Made by a program: the position numbers and the translations under genes. Below, in pieces: positions 51,386 through 63,789 of a stretch of 64,000 nucleotides of DNA. A model generated the notes under the pieces. That model ran no database searches and was not told the origin of the DNA. It saw nothing but the letters and a program-made list of their open reading frames with translations. Within the stretch, counting starts at the first letter, position 1, and every line of letters starts with the position of its first letter. Origin of the DNA: Podarcis gaigeae (taxonomy: Eukaryota); assembly GCA_964106915.2 (NCBI GenBank), contig OZ066914.1; one strand, given 5' to 3'.

Positions 51386-51943
51386 AGCTAGCATTTCATT
51401 GCATAGCTTTTGTCACATCCTGAAAACACACCTCTTGACATACACTTGTCATTTAAGGTGTTTTTGTAGCACCAACCTCTTCAGTTTCTTTAATCTATAG
51501 TATGCAGCTTTCACCTAGAAAGGCTTTATTTGTTTTTATGATTGGATATAAACTGTTTTAATTACTTTAGTTTTTAAAAATTTACATGATTATATTGCTC
51601 TGAGCCACCTCGGGATCTTACAATGAAGGTAGAAACCTGGTAAATAAATAAAAGAAGTAATCAGGTCTACATGTTATGTTGTATGATTCTTCACAACTAG
51701 TACACACAATTTATCTACCTCTAGTAAAAGGTGAAAGATTTATATGATCTGAGGTGAAACCAGAGTATTCACAATTTATTTACCTCAATGAAACTGAAAA
51801 GCAACTTATATGTATGTATCTTTGGCATGGCCATGTGCCTCCTGCTATATAACAAAAACATCCCATGAAACTCTGATATTCTTATTGTAAAGGTATGGCA
51901 TAATTTAACGTTAACTTTTTTTGAGGCGGGGGAGGAATCTTGC

Positions 51944-52018
51944 CTTTTTGACCCTCTGTGGATTTTTCATACGCCGACACTTTCTGATGTCCATCTCTGT
52001 TGTGTTCACGCAGCCTGG
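51944..52018 (-). CDS. RGS6: RGS6 exon [25 protein letters not shown] (GC donor)
   Basis: 75 nt, ttcag| acceptor; homology places the donor at AAG|gcaaga (GC-AG intron); phase 0-0. Confidence 0.93.
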
Positions 52019-52637
52019 CTGAAAAACACACATTTATGAGATTACTGGCTGCGTTTAATTTCCATACTGTCCTTGCTTTCTAAAAACCAGTAATTTCAAA
52101 ATATGATCCACATAGCCAAAATTGCTGTCCTTTATTTAAAGTGCCGTTATTAAAAACAGGAGCTGTTCTAATGCAGGGACAGGGAACCTGCTGTCATCCA
52201 TATATTACTGAACTTTCAACAGCCCTAGGAAGCATGATGTGTGAACAGGCACAATATGAGCTGCAGTTCCAACAACTTCTGGAGGGCCAAAAGTTCCTCA
52301 TCTCTGCTTTTAAAGTCTCAAAAGGCCACTATGAGGTACAATCCAGGACGAATTAGCTGCAACTGAATTCAATTCTATACATTGCCAGTGGCATTGCTCT
52401 CCTTTGTGTGGTGAAATGCTTCTGCCTCCCCACTCTTCCCAGTGGGAAGATTCATGCTCTCTGATGCAAAAAGTGAGCTCTGAAGGGGCTTTAATCTACA
52501 GAATTGTGCAAATTCTTCCATACTATAGGAAATAGGATAAAATAAAGAAAACATGAAAGCTCACGCGATATCTATGTGTGAAAACAAAATAGAACATGTC
52601 ATCGGAGTGTATAGCAGCAACAAATAATTTAACTTAC

Positions 52638-52719
52638 CACTGGCCTATGGACATCCCAGAAGGCTCTTTCTTGACTATCCAAAATTTTCCTTTCTGTTTT
52701 ATCCTTTTTTCTGTCAATT
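52638..52719 (-). CDS. RGS6: RGS6 exon [27 protein letters not shown]
   Basis: 82 nt, tttag| and |gtaagt, phase 2-0. Confidence 0.97.
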
Positions 52720-55700
52720 CTAAAACAAACCACAAGAAAATCACAAAAGTTTGATTGGGGTTTATATGAGAATCTAGATTAAGCTTTAGTGTGGTGTTTT
52801 GACTGATTGGATTTTAGGGTCTATTGAATAACCTTCGGAACATTACAAACACAATTGCTATATATAAAAGCAAAGGCAGAATACAAATGCAATGTAATAT
52901 TAAGCACCCACAACAGCTCATAAAATCCCCCACAAGGACAATCCCACAATGAAATCAGACCACAATTTCACTAGTTGGAGTTAGCAAAGGGCAGAGCTGG
53001 GGAACCTCTGGCCCTCCAGATGTTGTTGGACTCCCAACACCCACCAACCCCAGTCAATGGTCAGGGATGAGAAGATGGAGTCCAACAACATCTGGAGGGC
53101 CAAATGCTCTCCACCCTGGGCCAAAACTCTTGTCTTCCCCAAGGTTTATTGAACTCAACAAGGCATGTATAGGATTGTGAGGCTAATTTGTTAGACTTGA
53201 TAGTCAGATTAGAAAGGCTTTGCAGGAATGCTGTTGTCGCTAACTCTGCACCAAAAACATGGTGCTCACTGCATCCTGTTGGGTGGACTTGTATGTGCAT
53301 TATTGTCAGGAGCGAGCCAGCAGTAAATCACACCGTGCAACTTGGAGTTAACTCTTGATTAGCAAAAAAAGTGTCAGGCCTAATGACCACAGCAACTCAT
53401 CTCTGGTAGTTCTTGCCTCCATGAAGCAGTTGTTCCCCAGCTGGCTCCTCCCCGCATTCCTCTGCATCCAACCAGTCCATGAGAACTATACTACAAGTCC
53501 TCTCTGTGGTATCAAGAGGCAATTGCCATATTTCTTTTCACATAGCAGAGAGCATGCCTTGAAACTATGACACGAATTTATTCCTTAGCAGTAAGCAAAA
53601 ATATATGGGGGCTACATTCACCCTACCTTTAGAATAACATGGGGGCAGAAAGCAGTTAAACATACATAATGCCTAGATGAATTTTGCGGGAGGCCATTTA
53701 CATATCACCAAAAAGGAGCACACAAAATTGCACAAAACTGGCATGTCCTAATTTACATCTGTAGGTGCAAATTTAGAAATAATTGCTATAATTTAAACAG
53801 AAATACATTACACCATAGTGGTTAAGTCTGTGCCCAGGTGACTTGTTTGCCTGCTCAATCTGCTGCCTAAGTGGTAACAGCTGATGGTCAATTTCAAGGT
53901 CTCTGCTCTCTCTGCTGATGGATCCTTACCTTTCAACCAGACCTGGACAAGATAGATATTCAAAGAAAGGACCTCAAATAGAGGACTGTCCTCTGTAAAG
54001 CGGGACACATGGCCACCCACTGGCAGGGCTCCATTACACCTGTGTTTGTCATTCAAATGCAGCCCAGTTATGAACTAAGCTTTTTGCCCCCCCCCCAATG
54101 TTGACAACTGCCAGAAGGGAAATACAGAGGAAGTAATGACATGGTAGGCACAACTGTTAAACCTAAGTACTTAATATTAGGCACATAAATCTAACAGTCT
54201 TAGCAGCAAGAGTTTAATGATGAGCATCCACACTTATCGCTGCGGTTGACACTGACTAATGTGGCTCATTTAATGTTGCCTGCGGCTTTGGGAATACCCC
54301 ACGGATGGGGGTAGAAGGCTCTGTCATAGCAGAGAGGCCTTCGAATGAAGGTGGCCAGGAACAGGCAAAACAAACACCCTCTATTCCAGTTTCTGCTCAA
54401 GTATGCTCAAGTATGTAGGGATGGCAAAAAAAAAAAGTGAAGAGAATCAGAGAAGGCAAGAGTCAAATGAAGTTTTAAAACCTTTCCCGTGTTAATAAGA
54501 CAAATTGCAGCAAGTGACAAAAGTAGCTTATTTAATTATGATTAGCCTCGAAGTTCTTCACACCACACTGGGACTATAAGGTTTAATCGGGAGATTAAGC
54601 AACTGACAGGGAAGATTCACACTTAGCTGGGAGACTCACGGAGCAACAGGACTTACTTCTGAGAAGACATGGACAAGGTTGTGCTGTAAGAGTTCAGTGG
54701 ATTAACTGGCGGAGCCCAATTTTAACTGGCAAGAATGGAGGTTAGGGGCAAACATTTATTTGGGGCTTGTGAGTGGTTGCGTGTGTGTGCTATTTTTGTT
54801 TTGGTGTGTTAATATAATAGGGAATGGGGGGGAAAGATGGTGCTATAATACAGACTGTGTGTTTTAATCTGTAATCTGTTTTTAGTTTGCTGCAAAATTT
54901 GTGTTTTTTCTAATGTTTTAAGCAGTTGCTCTTAACTGTTTTTACCAATAATGTCATCTTTTTTTATTCTCTTTTCAGGTTTTTCACAACCAAGCATAAA
55001 TTTAATGAAATAAATAAATCCCCTCCAGCAAGGTGTGATCATTTTTGTCTACCAAATTGTAAGTTGACATGTTTATTGCAGAAGGCATCTTTATTTATTT
55101 TTTATTTTTTTTGGAGGGGGCAGGGAGCTTCATCTTCAGACAAATTAATGTATTGTGGTTTTGAGAATATGCAAAATCACTGAAATGATTCATTGGTTCA
55201 ACAGCAGGTGATGGCTCAATAGTCAACCATTCACAATGGCAAATTAGGCCTAACGCCATCATTCCCACCTGCCCTTTCCATGTACAAGCCATGCACAGGG
55301 TGATAGCCAATGAGGGTCCCACCAGAGACAATTGGTGCGCACATGTGTGTGTATGCGCACACATGGTGGACTGAAGAGGAAGGAGAAGTCCCACTGAACA
55401 AGTGGAAATCTGCTTGACTTGTGCGGCACTGGGTATCACCCACAGAAAATATGGGTGATGTTTATGTTTGTTTTATTAAATTGATATACTGCCCTTCATC
55501 CAAAGACAGCATTTTTGGGGGAGGGGGAAAGGTGAAGAGTCAACCATATGAAGACCACATCATTGTGCCAAGAATCATCATGCCAGAGCTGCACATGTCT
55601 GGTGGCTGATGCCATCAATGGAGAGGTTCTCCTTGTGAATGGAGCCAGATATGCAGTGAAGGAAATGTTAACTGTTCAGATCCTGAACAGAATGTAGCAT

Positions 55701-55822
55701 CTTTCAGTTCCCTCCACTTTACAGAGGGGAAGGGAAATGTACCCTTGAAACCTAAGCTTTAAGAAGGAATGGTTAGCCTTAACACATTCTCTCCCCAGAA
55801 GATTCGTTCACTTGGTACCTAC

Positions 55823-55899
55823 TTCACTTGAGCTTCAGCTTGCATAAAGATGAATTCCCACTTCCTTGCAAAAGCTCTCTGGAGTCTTGCCAAGTTCTC
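55823..55899 (-). CDS. RGS6: RGS6 exon ENLARLQRAFARKWEFIFMQAEAQV(K)
   Basis: 77 nt, tttag| and |gtaggt, phase 0-2. Confidence 0.97.
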
Positions 55900-57420
55900 C
55901 TAAACGAGAGAGGAAGATGAGGTGAGCCACCAATTATACCAACCCGTGCTCAAAATGAACCTCTCATTATAACGTCAGTCACATGTATCTGCAAAGCCGG
56001 ACAGTCACAAAGCAATGGCGGCGGCAGTTGAAACGACAAGAATGGAAATTGCATTGAGCATAAAAGGAGTAAAGAACAGAACACAATACCTTGAGTTGTA
56101 GCAGGGCATGAAACCACCTTTCTTGTATTACTGGTGTGCACACCCCTTTGTTTCATGTACCTCAGTATATTGGGAATTATTTAGCTGCTGTCTGTTCGCT
56201 TCACATAAGATGAGTCCCATGGTCTTGATGTCAGTGTGGCGTTTATAGAGAGGATTTGAGCCAGCATTTTTAGAGTCCCATTGACTTAAATGGGAGCGTT
56301 TCAAGTATCTACTTAACATTTCAATCAAGTCAGTAGGACTTGAAAGCACTCAATTTTAGCTCAATTCTTTCCATATAACGTATCCATTATGTGTATTTTT
56401 CTCTCTCTACCCCCCCCCCCATGTATTAGTGAAGCAACCTACACTATGGAAATGCCCTTGTCAACACATTGGACTAAATATTAAAGCCCAGCCATTTTAA
56501 GCGACAAATCCACCGTGAGCCAGAATATGCAGACAACATGCCTTGCCTAAAAAAATTAAATAGATACGAACTCACATATAGACAAAAGAATGGGAAAAGA
56601 AGGTATAAGCAAAGGAAAAACAGATTAAAAAAAAGAATTACAAAAACCTCCAAAACATCTGCAGTAATATATCCAATGGTTTGTTTGTAACCACAAAAAC
56701 AAAATCACCCCTAAAAAAATGGAGTTCCTAGTTTTAACAAGAGCTTCTGTTAAAGCCATACACCACCATTCTTATCTTTAATTAACCGGGAAAGTGTTGA
56801 TGTGGTTGCTCATCACGTGAGCTATGGGCTTGAAGAAAATGAAAGATGATCTAATCGTTTGGCCTTTTCTGATAATTATTGCTCTCAATAGGCCCCAGAA
56901 TACTGCATTTTGGTGCCATGCCTTCTCTGCATGTATACCAGAGCATGACTGGTGGCTCTGAGTAAACCCTTTGTGATTCATAAAGAAGCTTTATAACCCG
57001 CACAATTGACTAGCTGATAGTAAGCAAAGATTTGTAACTGAATTTATAAATAATGAAGTTGGAAATGTGTGGGAGTAAAACCCTGTAAAGAGTGATAATA
57101 TAGCATATAAAAATGTTTAATATGCCATGGTTGGTGGTTAGAGTCAATTGGCAGTTCTGCCTGGGTTGCAGGGATGGAATGTGTATCTGTTTAGCAAGCC
57201 AGAGGAAGCACTGGGTTGTGCAGGAATAAACATCCACTGTGGTTTAACAAGCATCCAAAAAGTGAAAGAGCATGAATTTCCTGACATTTATTTAAGAGTT
57301 TCCAGCTAGAAGCAACGATTAGAAAGCACAGATTCCACCTTCAAGTTTGTTGTACAAAGAAAAGAGGTTTGCTTTAGAGGACAACATTACACTTTGTAAC
57401 TGTAAAATCAGTATACCTAC

Positions 57421-57485
57421 GGCTTCATAATCCGCCAGCTCCAGCCTTGCTTTGTTCTGCATGGTCCTCTTGCAAAGATAGATGG
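57421..57485 (-). CDS. RGS6: RGS6 exon (DHEX) (A)[21 protein letters not shown]
   Basis: 65 nt, catag| and |gtaggt, phase 1-0. Confidence 0.97.
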
Positions 57486-59278
57486 CTATGGAGAGAAAGA
57501 AAACAAAATGTCACCATTAAGGCAAGGACAGTTGCTACAGGGGGGAAAAACCCAGCCACAGGTGTAGACCAACTACCATAACTGCAAAATCACATTTTTT
57601 CAGATGCCTGAATCACACACAAAAATCATTTCTGGGTACCCAGAAATTCTGAGCATGTCTGTAGAATTGTTGTGTGTATCATACAAATGCTGCCCTGAGC
57701 TACTTCATGATGATTGGTAGGATACAAATGGAATAAATGATAATAAAATAAATCTTAGCAAAACATCAACATGAATAACATGGGAGAAGAATTTTGACTG
57801 TGAGTGCTAGTCTTTCAAGATGGTTCCCTGTGCATGCTCTACGTGCTAGGGTGTATTTCCCTTAAAAAATGTGCCTACGGTTAAAATTGCCGCCCCAAGC
57901 GTCATCTGGTCCAACAGCCTGCAATGCAAATGCAGCAATGTATTGGGTTACCGACTGGATGGATTTTGCCAGTTATAAGGGAACAGAAATTGCCATCTCT
58001 TAAGCATGAAGCACCTGCTTAAATATCTCCCACTGAAATAAAATGGACTCAGAACTGCTTAGACAGCTGCACAATGGACTCAATGCCTAAAGGAGGAGAA
58101 GAATTGTTTGTTATACATCTTTTTTTCTTACTGACTTGTTGGAGTTATTAACAGTTAAATAAGAGATTGAATGTGATTACCATTATATGACTTCCACAGT
58201 GATGGCAACTCTGCTTCCAACTATAACTACAAATCCTACAATATATTTATTAAAAATTGTGCAGTGATAAGGAAGAAAGGGTTTTTGTTTGTTTGTTTTG
58301 TGTGGTCATAAATTGCTTCTGGTCAACCTGTAAAAAAAAAAGCACTGCCAAAAGCCCTTGTTTTATGAGCACAGGTATATTCATTTCCTTTGCCAGTGCC
58401 CCGGTTGAATGAAAAAATTGATTTTATCATTTCTGCGTGAGAGGAGTATGGCTGTAGAAGAGACAGCAATAACGCATAGAGACAGCTAAAGATAACAATG
58501 CTGACATATTCCTTTTATGCATTAGTACTCAAGCTGTTCAGACATTTAATAGAGAATTCTGTGGTTTATTAGCTCATAAACCACTGTTATTTCTTTCCCA
58601 ACGCCAGACACCAGCCGCTAATATAAACTGATCACTCTTCTTTCCCCCCGCTATACATCAATGCAGTGCCATTTTCATTTACTGCTGCTAAGGGATTTCT
58701 AATTTTGGTTAGAGAACAGTTTATTGATCAGCCAGACTATATATTAGTGTCCAGGCTATATCATCATTTATCGTACAGGACACCAAATTCATCCACAGAT
58801 CACAGCCTGACCTTCGTACAAAAACCATACTAATGATGCGAGATGGCAATAACCTTAAGGCATTTTACAACGCAATCATTTTATACACAGGGAGTGCATT
58901 CATATCTGCAGCTGTAGATCGACACTGTTGCATCTGAATAAAGTCCTATCTTAATTTCCATATTAACTTAATCTCTGTTCTGTACGCAATTTTGTATATG
59001 GCTCGGCACTATTGAAATTACTCTTAATGTCTGCCCTTTTCACACAACAATTAATATCACCACAGCCGGCCCAAGGGGAGCAACAAGTGGTGCCCCATCC
59101 TAAATCAAGGTGCTTAGTATTGAAGGCTGTCAAATTATTTGGCATTAGAGGCACAAACTCCACAAGCACCCCTCCCGAATAGGAAAAACAATAATAAATT
59201 AAACAACTAACAATTTGCTGCCCAATCATGGCACCCAAAACCAGCTTAATAGTAGGGTTGGCTCTGAAAGACACTGTA

Positions 59279-59522
59279 CAGTGGTACCTCAGGATGCGAA
59301 CGGGATCCGTTTCGGAGCCCCATTCGCATCCTGAAGCAAACGCAACCCACGACTGCAGGTCGCGATTCGCCACATCCGTGCATGCGCATGACGTCATTTT
59401 GACCGTCCGCGCATGCGCAAGCGGCGAAACCCGAATGTAACGCGTTCCATTACTTCCGGGTTGCCGCAGAGCGCGACCCAAAAGCGTTCAACCTGAAGAA
59501 GCTTCAACCTGAGGTACGACTG
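59279..59522. mobile_element. Tc1/mariner (Tigger-like) MITE
   Basis: TA|cagtggtacctcagg ... cctgaggtacgactg|TA; CpG-rich. Confidence 0.88.
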
Positions 59523-59949
59523 TAATGTTTCCAGTGTAAAATGAATGTATGGGAATTGGGGGCAGAACTGTGCTGTGACTTCGGCTCAGCTCTGTTTGCC
59601 TTGAGGCAGGTGGGCGCCAACAGAGCAGAAGCAAAAAAAGGGGAGGGAGGTGGTCTTGACAGCCACTGAAACACTGTGGCTGGTGCCCACAGTTTTAATT
59701 TCTCCCCAAATTACTCTGGGGCCCCAACTCAGGGTAGCTCTGGAGCAAGGTTACACTGGGGCCCCTAGTGGCAGAACTGGATAAGGCATGGGTACACAGG
59801 AAAAACGTAACAGTTTTTAAATCTTCTCCCCAAACACTGTGAGATTGGAGAGAGCCCTGGAGAAATGATTCACAGTAATTAAAAACTAGAGTCAAAACAA
59901 AAAAAATTCCTTCCAGTAGCACCTTAAAGACCAACTAAGTTAGTTCTTG

Positions 59950-59987
59950 GTATGAGCTTTCGTGTGCATGCACACTTCTTCAGATAC
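59950..59987 (-). ncRNA. minimal type I hammerhead ribozyme motif (sense to RGS6 pre-mRNA)
   Basis: exact reverse complement of 60313-60350. Confidence 0.75.
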
Positions 59988-60312
59988 ACTGAAACAGAAG
60001 TTACCAGACCCTTCTATATAGTGAGAAGGTGGGGAGGGGTATTACTCAGAAGGGTGGTGGGAATGGGTGATTGGCAGATAGCTGTGATGAGCCTGTTGAT
60101 GACTCTTAACGACTGCAATAGGTCTTACATGACAAAGCCATTTTTCACCTTCTCACCCCTTGCTTTTTCCTGTAAGACCTATTGCAGTCGTTAAGAGTTG
60201 TCAACAGGCTCATCACAGCTATCTGCCAATCACCCATTCCCACCACCCTTCTGAGTAATACCCCTCCCCACCTTCTCACTATATAGAAGGGTCTGGTAAC
60301 TTCTGTTTCAGT

Positions 60313-60350
60313 GTATCTGAAGAAGTGTGCATGCACACGAAAGCTCATAC
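60313..60350 (+). ncRNA. minimal type I hammerhead ribozyme motif
   Basis: GTAT-CTGAAGA-A-GTGTGCATGCACAC-GAAA-GC-TC-ATAC: CUGANGA and GAAA cores, palindromic stem II, AGCU stem III, CUC site, stem I GUAU/AUAC. Confidence 0.75.
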
Positions 60351-61056
60351 CAAGAACTAACTTAGTTGGTCTTTAAGGTGCTACTGGAAGGAATTTTTTT
60401 TGTTTTGACTATGGCAGACCAACACGGCTACCTATCTGTAACAGTAAAAACTAGAGCTATCTGTTGACATATAACTGCCGTTATATTAGTTAATGGGAGG
60501 CTAGGATTAAGACATTTAACACAATATGCACATCTGTTGCATTAAATTTAAATTTCCATAGATTTCAAATTGTATTACATACAGTAAGTGCAATATGAGA
60601 AATAAAAGAAGCCAGAAGAATACAATCCAAAATAATTCAGCACCTAGCAGAGCATATTACAATTGCTACAACAGGAAGGGAAATCATTAAGTGGGCCACC
60701 AAGACCCTCAGCAATTTTCAAGTGTTCAGCTAGGAAGAGGGAAACACTGCTCTTGAAAAAAAAATCTACTGTTAATTTAATAATTCATCCCATAATGTCT
60801 CTTGTGCTTGCTCATTGTATATATCATGAATTTGCTCCAGGAGATGCTGCATGTCAGTTGAATGAGGGTTAATATTATTATTATCATCCAAACTGAAAGA
60901 CAGTCCAGCTCTAGTCATGCGAATAGAACTGTTTCTTACATGGGAAAGGAAAGCAATGTGGGTCATATAACGAATCATCTCTTTTTAGAACAACTTGGTC
61001 ACTGGAAATATATTTACAAATAACATTTTAAAAATTACATCACCGCAAATTCTCAC

Positions 61057-61108
61057 CATAGTCTGTGTTTTCTGGTTCCCAACAATTTGAAGGCCAAAAA
61101 TATGGAGC
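61057..61108 (-). CDS. RGS6: RGS6 exon APYFWPSNCWEPENTDY
   Basis: 52 nt, ttcag| and |gtgaga, phase 0-1. Confidence 0.97.
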
Positions 61109-61344
61109 CTGAAAAACAGTGAATTTTTATCACTATGATGCATTCATCCAAATATAATTATTGCTGTTATCATAATTAATATGTTTATTTTATGAATCAC
61201 TTCTCATGAGGCATCCCAAAGTAATTTACAATATAACAAAAACATATTTACAACAGTTGCGCATATTAAAAACAGTTAAAACAATTAAATGTATAGATAC
61301 AATTTTAAAAACAATTCGCGCACGTGTGTGTGTGTAAAATCTGA

Positions 61345-61508
61345 TGGGAGGGTGTTGCACAGGGCAGGCGCCACTACCGAGAAGGCCCTCTGTTTGGTTC
61401 CCTGTAACCTCACTTCTCGCAATAAGGAAACTGCCAGAAGGCCCTCGGCGCTAGATCTCAGTGTCTGGGCTGAAGAATGGGGATGGAGACGCTCCTTCAG
61501 GTATACAG
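61345..61508 (-). mobile_element. L2-type LINE fragment
   Basis: gaaggccctctgtttggttccctgtaacc...gccagaaggccctcggcgct; same family as 37127 and 49480. Confidence 0.75.
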
Positions 61509-61749
61509 GACATTCTTATGTTAATGAGAAATATTCATAAAACAAGATTTGATCAGTTGTAAAATACTGTGAGAATTATATTTTCTTTCATTGCCTCCTC
61601 ATATGAAGAAAACTGATATAAAGCCGTGTGATGTAACCAAGATGTGTAGCCATTCCAGCAGGAAGAAGATGGCGAATTTCCCCCCAGAAATGCTTGTATT
61701 GATGTGGTTTGGGAAGTCAAAACAAGCTGGCAGACTCAAGTCTCATCTT

Positions 61750-62392
61750 AGAACTTTAGACTTGGGAGGAAGTTGGGAGGAATCCTGAGGGTAATCTAGT
61801 CCAACCCCCTGCAATGGAGGAATCACAACTAACACAGATGGAGGAATCACAACTAACACAGATGGTCATATAACCTTTGCTTAAAAACCTCCAAGGAAGA
61901 AGAAAGTCCACCACCTCTCATGGGATTCTGTTCCACTGCTGAACAGCTCTTACCATCAGAAAATTATTCCAGATGTTTAGCTGGAATCTCCTTTCTTGTA
62001 ACTGGTTCAGGTCCTAGGCTCTGGAGCAGGAGAAAACAAGCTTGCTCCATCTTCCATGTGACACCTCTTTAGATATTTGAAGATGGCTATCATATCTCCT
62101 CTCAGTCTCTTCTTATCCAGGCTAAACATACCTAACTCCCACAACTGTTCCTCAGAAGGCTTGGTTTCCAGACCCTTTATCATCTTGGCCACCCTCCTCT
62201 GCACACATTCTAGTTCATTAATACAGTGGTACCTAAGTTCCCAAATGCCTCCATTGTCGTACATTTCGGTTCACGAACGTCAAAAATCCAGAAGTACCAC
62301 TGTATCCTTATTAAACTGTGGTTTCCAGAACTGGACACAGTACTCCAGATGGGATCTGACCAAGGCAGACTGGAACAGTACTATAACTTCCC
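61750..62392 (-). mobile_element. older CR1 LINE 3' fragment
   Basis: ORF 62007..62264 LECVQRRVAKMIKGLE...RLRGDMIAIFKYLK matches the CR1 ORF2 C-terminus; 24-bp tandem duplication at 61814-61861. Confidence 0.9.
62224..62302. mobile_element. 79-bp Tc1/mariner MITE nested in CR1
   Basis: TA|cagtggtac ... gtaccactg|TA. Confidence 0.8.
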
Positions 62393-62825
62393 TTGCGGCA
62401 TCGCATTGTGGGTATGTCAACTGCCAATGGGTGGAAAGTGTAGGAAAATAAGTTGGGCATGAGACTGATCATAATATGCCATGCCACGGGGCATAAGTAT
62501 GTGGTAGAACACATGGTTAGCAACCAAAATGGTGTGAGACTCAACACCTAGCCCTACTAGTTTAAAAGGAATCTCTGTCACAGTTAAAACAAACCAACCA
62601 ACCCCCCAAACTTAACTTTATATATAAGCATCTGTTAATGCTTAGTTATAATAAAAGTTAAGCATTTCCATGCCGCTGTCAAACAACTAAAGCAGCTCCT
62701 CCAAAAGTTAGAAGGCAGCAGGTGTGTGTAGGAATGCCTTTACTCTAGGTTCATTCCTCTTGTCAAGGAGAAAGCAGGAAGTTCTTATCAAGGAGGGTGT
62801 TGAGTTGTTGTGTAATCCAAATTAC

Positions 62826-62932
62826 CTGAAAGCGATAGAAAGTCCCATCATCCTTCAAAGTAAGTACATGGTCTGAGATTGGGAAAATGTATCCCTGTGC
62901 TGCAATGAGACTTCCCATATGTATTGCTTCAG
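62826..62932 (-). CDS. RGS6: RGS6 exon (DEP) (A)[35 protein letters not shown]
   Basis: 107 nt, ccag| and |gtaatt, phase 1-0; near-identical to recalled RGS6. Confidence 0.97.
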
Positions 62933-63738
62933 CTGGAAATTAAGGCAGAAAAAATATATGTCAAATATCTGTACAAAGCAACATCTCCCAAGGCCTAGGG
63001 TGGCAGGACCTTGTTGGTACAGCAGTCCCCGAGCCATGACCACCTCCTTCCTTACAGACACGCCTGGGTGCTAAAATTGGCAGAGGGGGCCCCTCTTGGT
63101 AGTTCCTCCACCCTCAGAGCCTGGTGGCGGCCCAAAAGAGGACATTCTCCGTGATAGGCCCTAAGCTGTGGGAGTCCCTCCCCACAGAGGTGCATCTGGA
63201 GCCTCGCCTTCATTCAGAGACATACAAATCCCACTGAATTCATTGGAGCTTCTTCCCAGTTAAGTGGGTACAGGATTGCAGCCTCAGGTTTTGCTATAAT
63301 GCCTCTGCAATCACTGAAATAGCCTCAATATATGACAAGTCTGCTGACCCAGACAACTTTAAAAACTATGTTAATATATCATAATAAAAAAATTCTCAAG
63401 TTCTGAAGAGTTTACCACAATTCTGAATGTGTGGTAGGCACCTCCCTATCCTTCTCTAAGGTTTTCGTCAATCCAAATGTGGTAGAAAGAATTCTGGAGA
63501 ACTCAGAAGAGAAAATGAAAGGGATGGCACGAAACTACTTTCAACCCGTCTTTCATCTTGTGGTCACTTTCCCCACCTGGGTCTCAGAAACAATGTTCCC
63601 AGAATCTTAACCCTTTAGTTTGGGATGCCACAGAATCACAAGATTCCGAGTTTAATTTTATAGCATACAATATTGCAAGCCATAGATAATACCAAGCCCC
63701 AAGCTTATATATTTTTTGGCATTGGAAGAACAAATTAC

Positions 63739-63789
63739 CTGGGTCTTCAATGTTGAGATTCTTCATGAGCCACTGCACTATGTCAGTCC
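63739..63789 (-). CDS. RGS6: RGS6 coding exon (first in window; DEP domain) (G)TDIVQWLMKNLNIEDP
   Basis: 51 nt, ctag| acceptor, |gtaatt donor, phase 1-1; translation matches recalled RGS6 GTDIVQWLMKNLSIEDP. Confidence 0.96.

Larger units (their letters stand above)
59890..60444 (+). mobile_element. Penelope-like element remnant (inverted pseudo-LTR arrangement)
   Basis: 240-bp inverted arms 59890-60129 and 60171-60410; hammerhead motif; 3' tail cagaccaacacggctacc as recalled for reptile PLEs; taaaaactagag repeated at 59880-59891 and 60445-60456 (TSD-like). Confidence 0.85.

Noticed and set aside
58320-59260. Possible conserved non-coding enhancer in a repeat-poor stretch
   Set aside because: Conservation cannot be judged from one sequence; it needs a multi-species alignment.
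59952-60348. Twin ORFs MSFRVHAHFFRY... on opposite strands as a gene pair
   Set aside because: By-product of the 240-bp inverted repeat.
2535-63789. RGS7, RGS9 or RGS11 as the gene identity
   Set aside because: The linker, the [12 protein letters not shown] segment, the 18-aa cassette and the GKSLAGKRLTGLMQSS terminus all match RGS6 as recalled.
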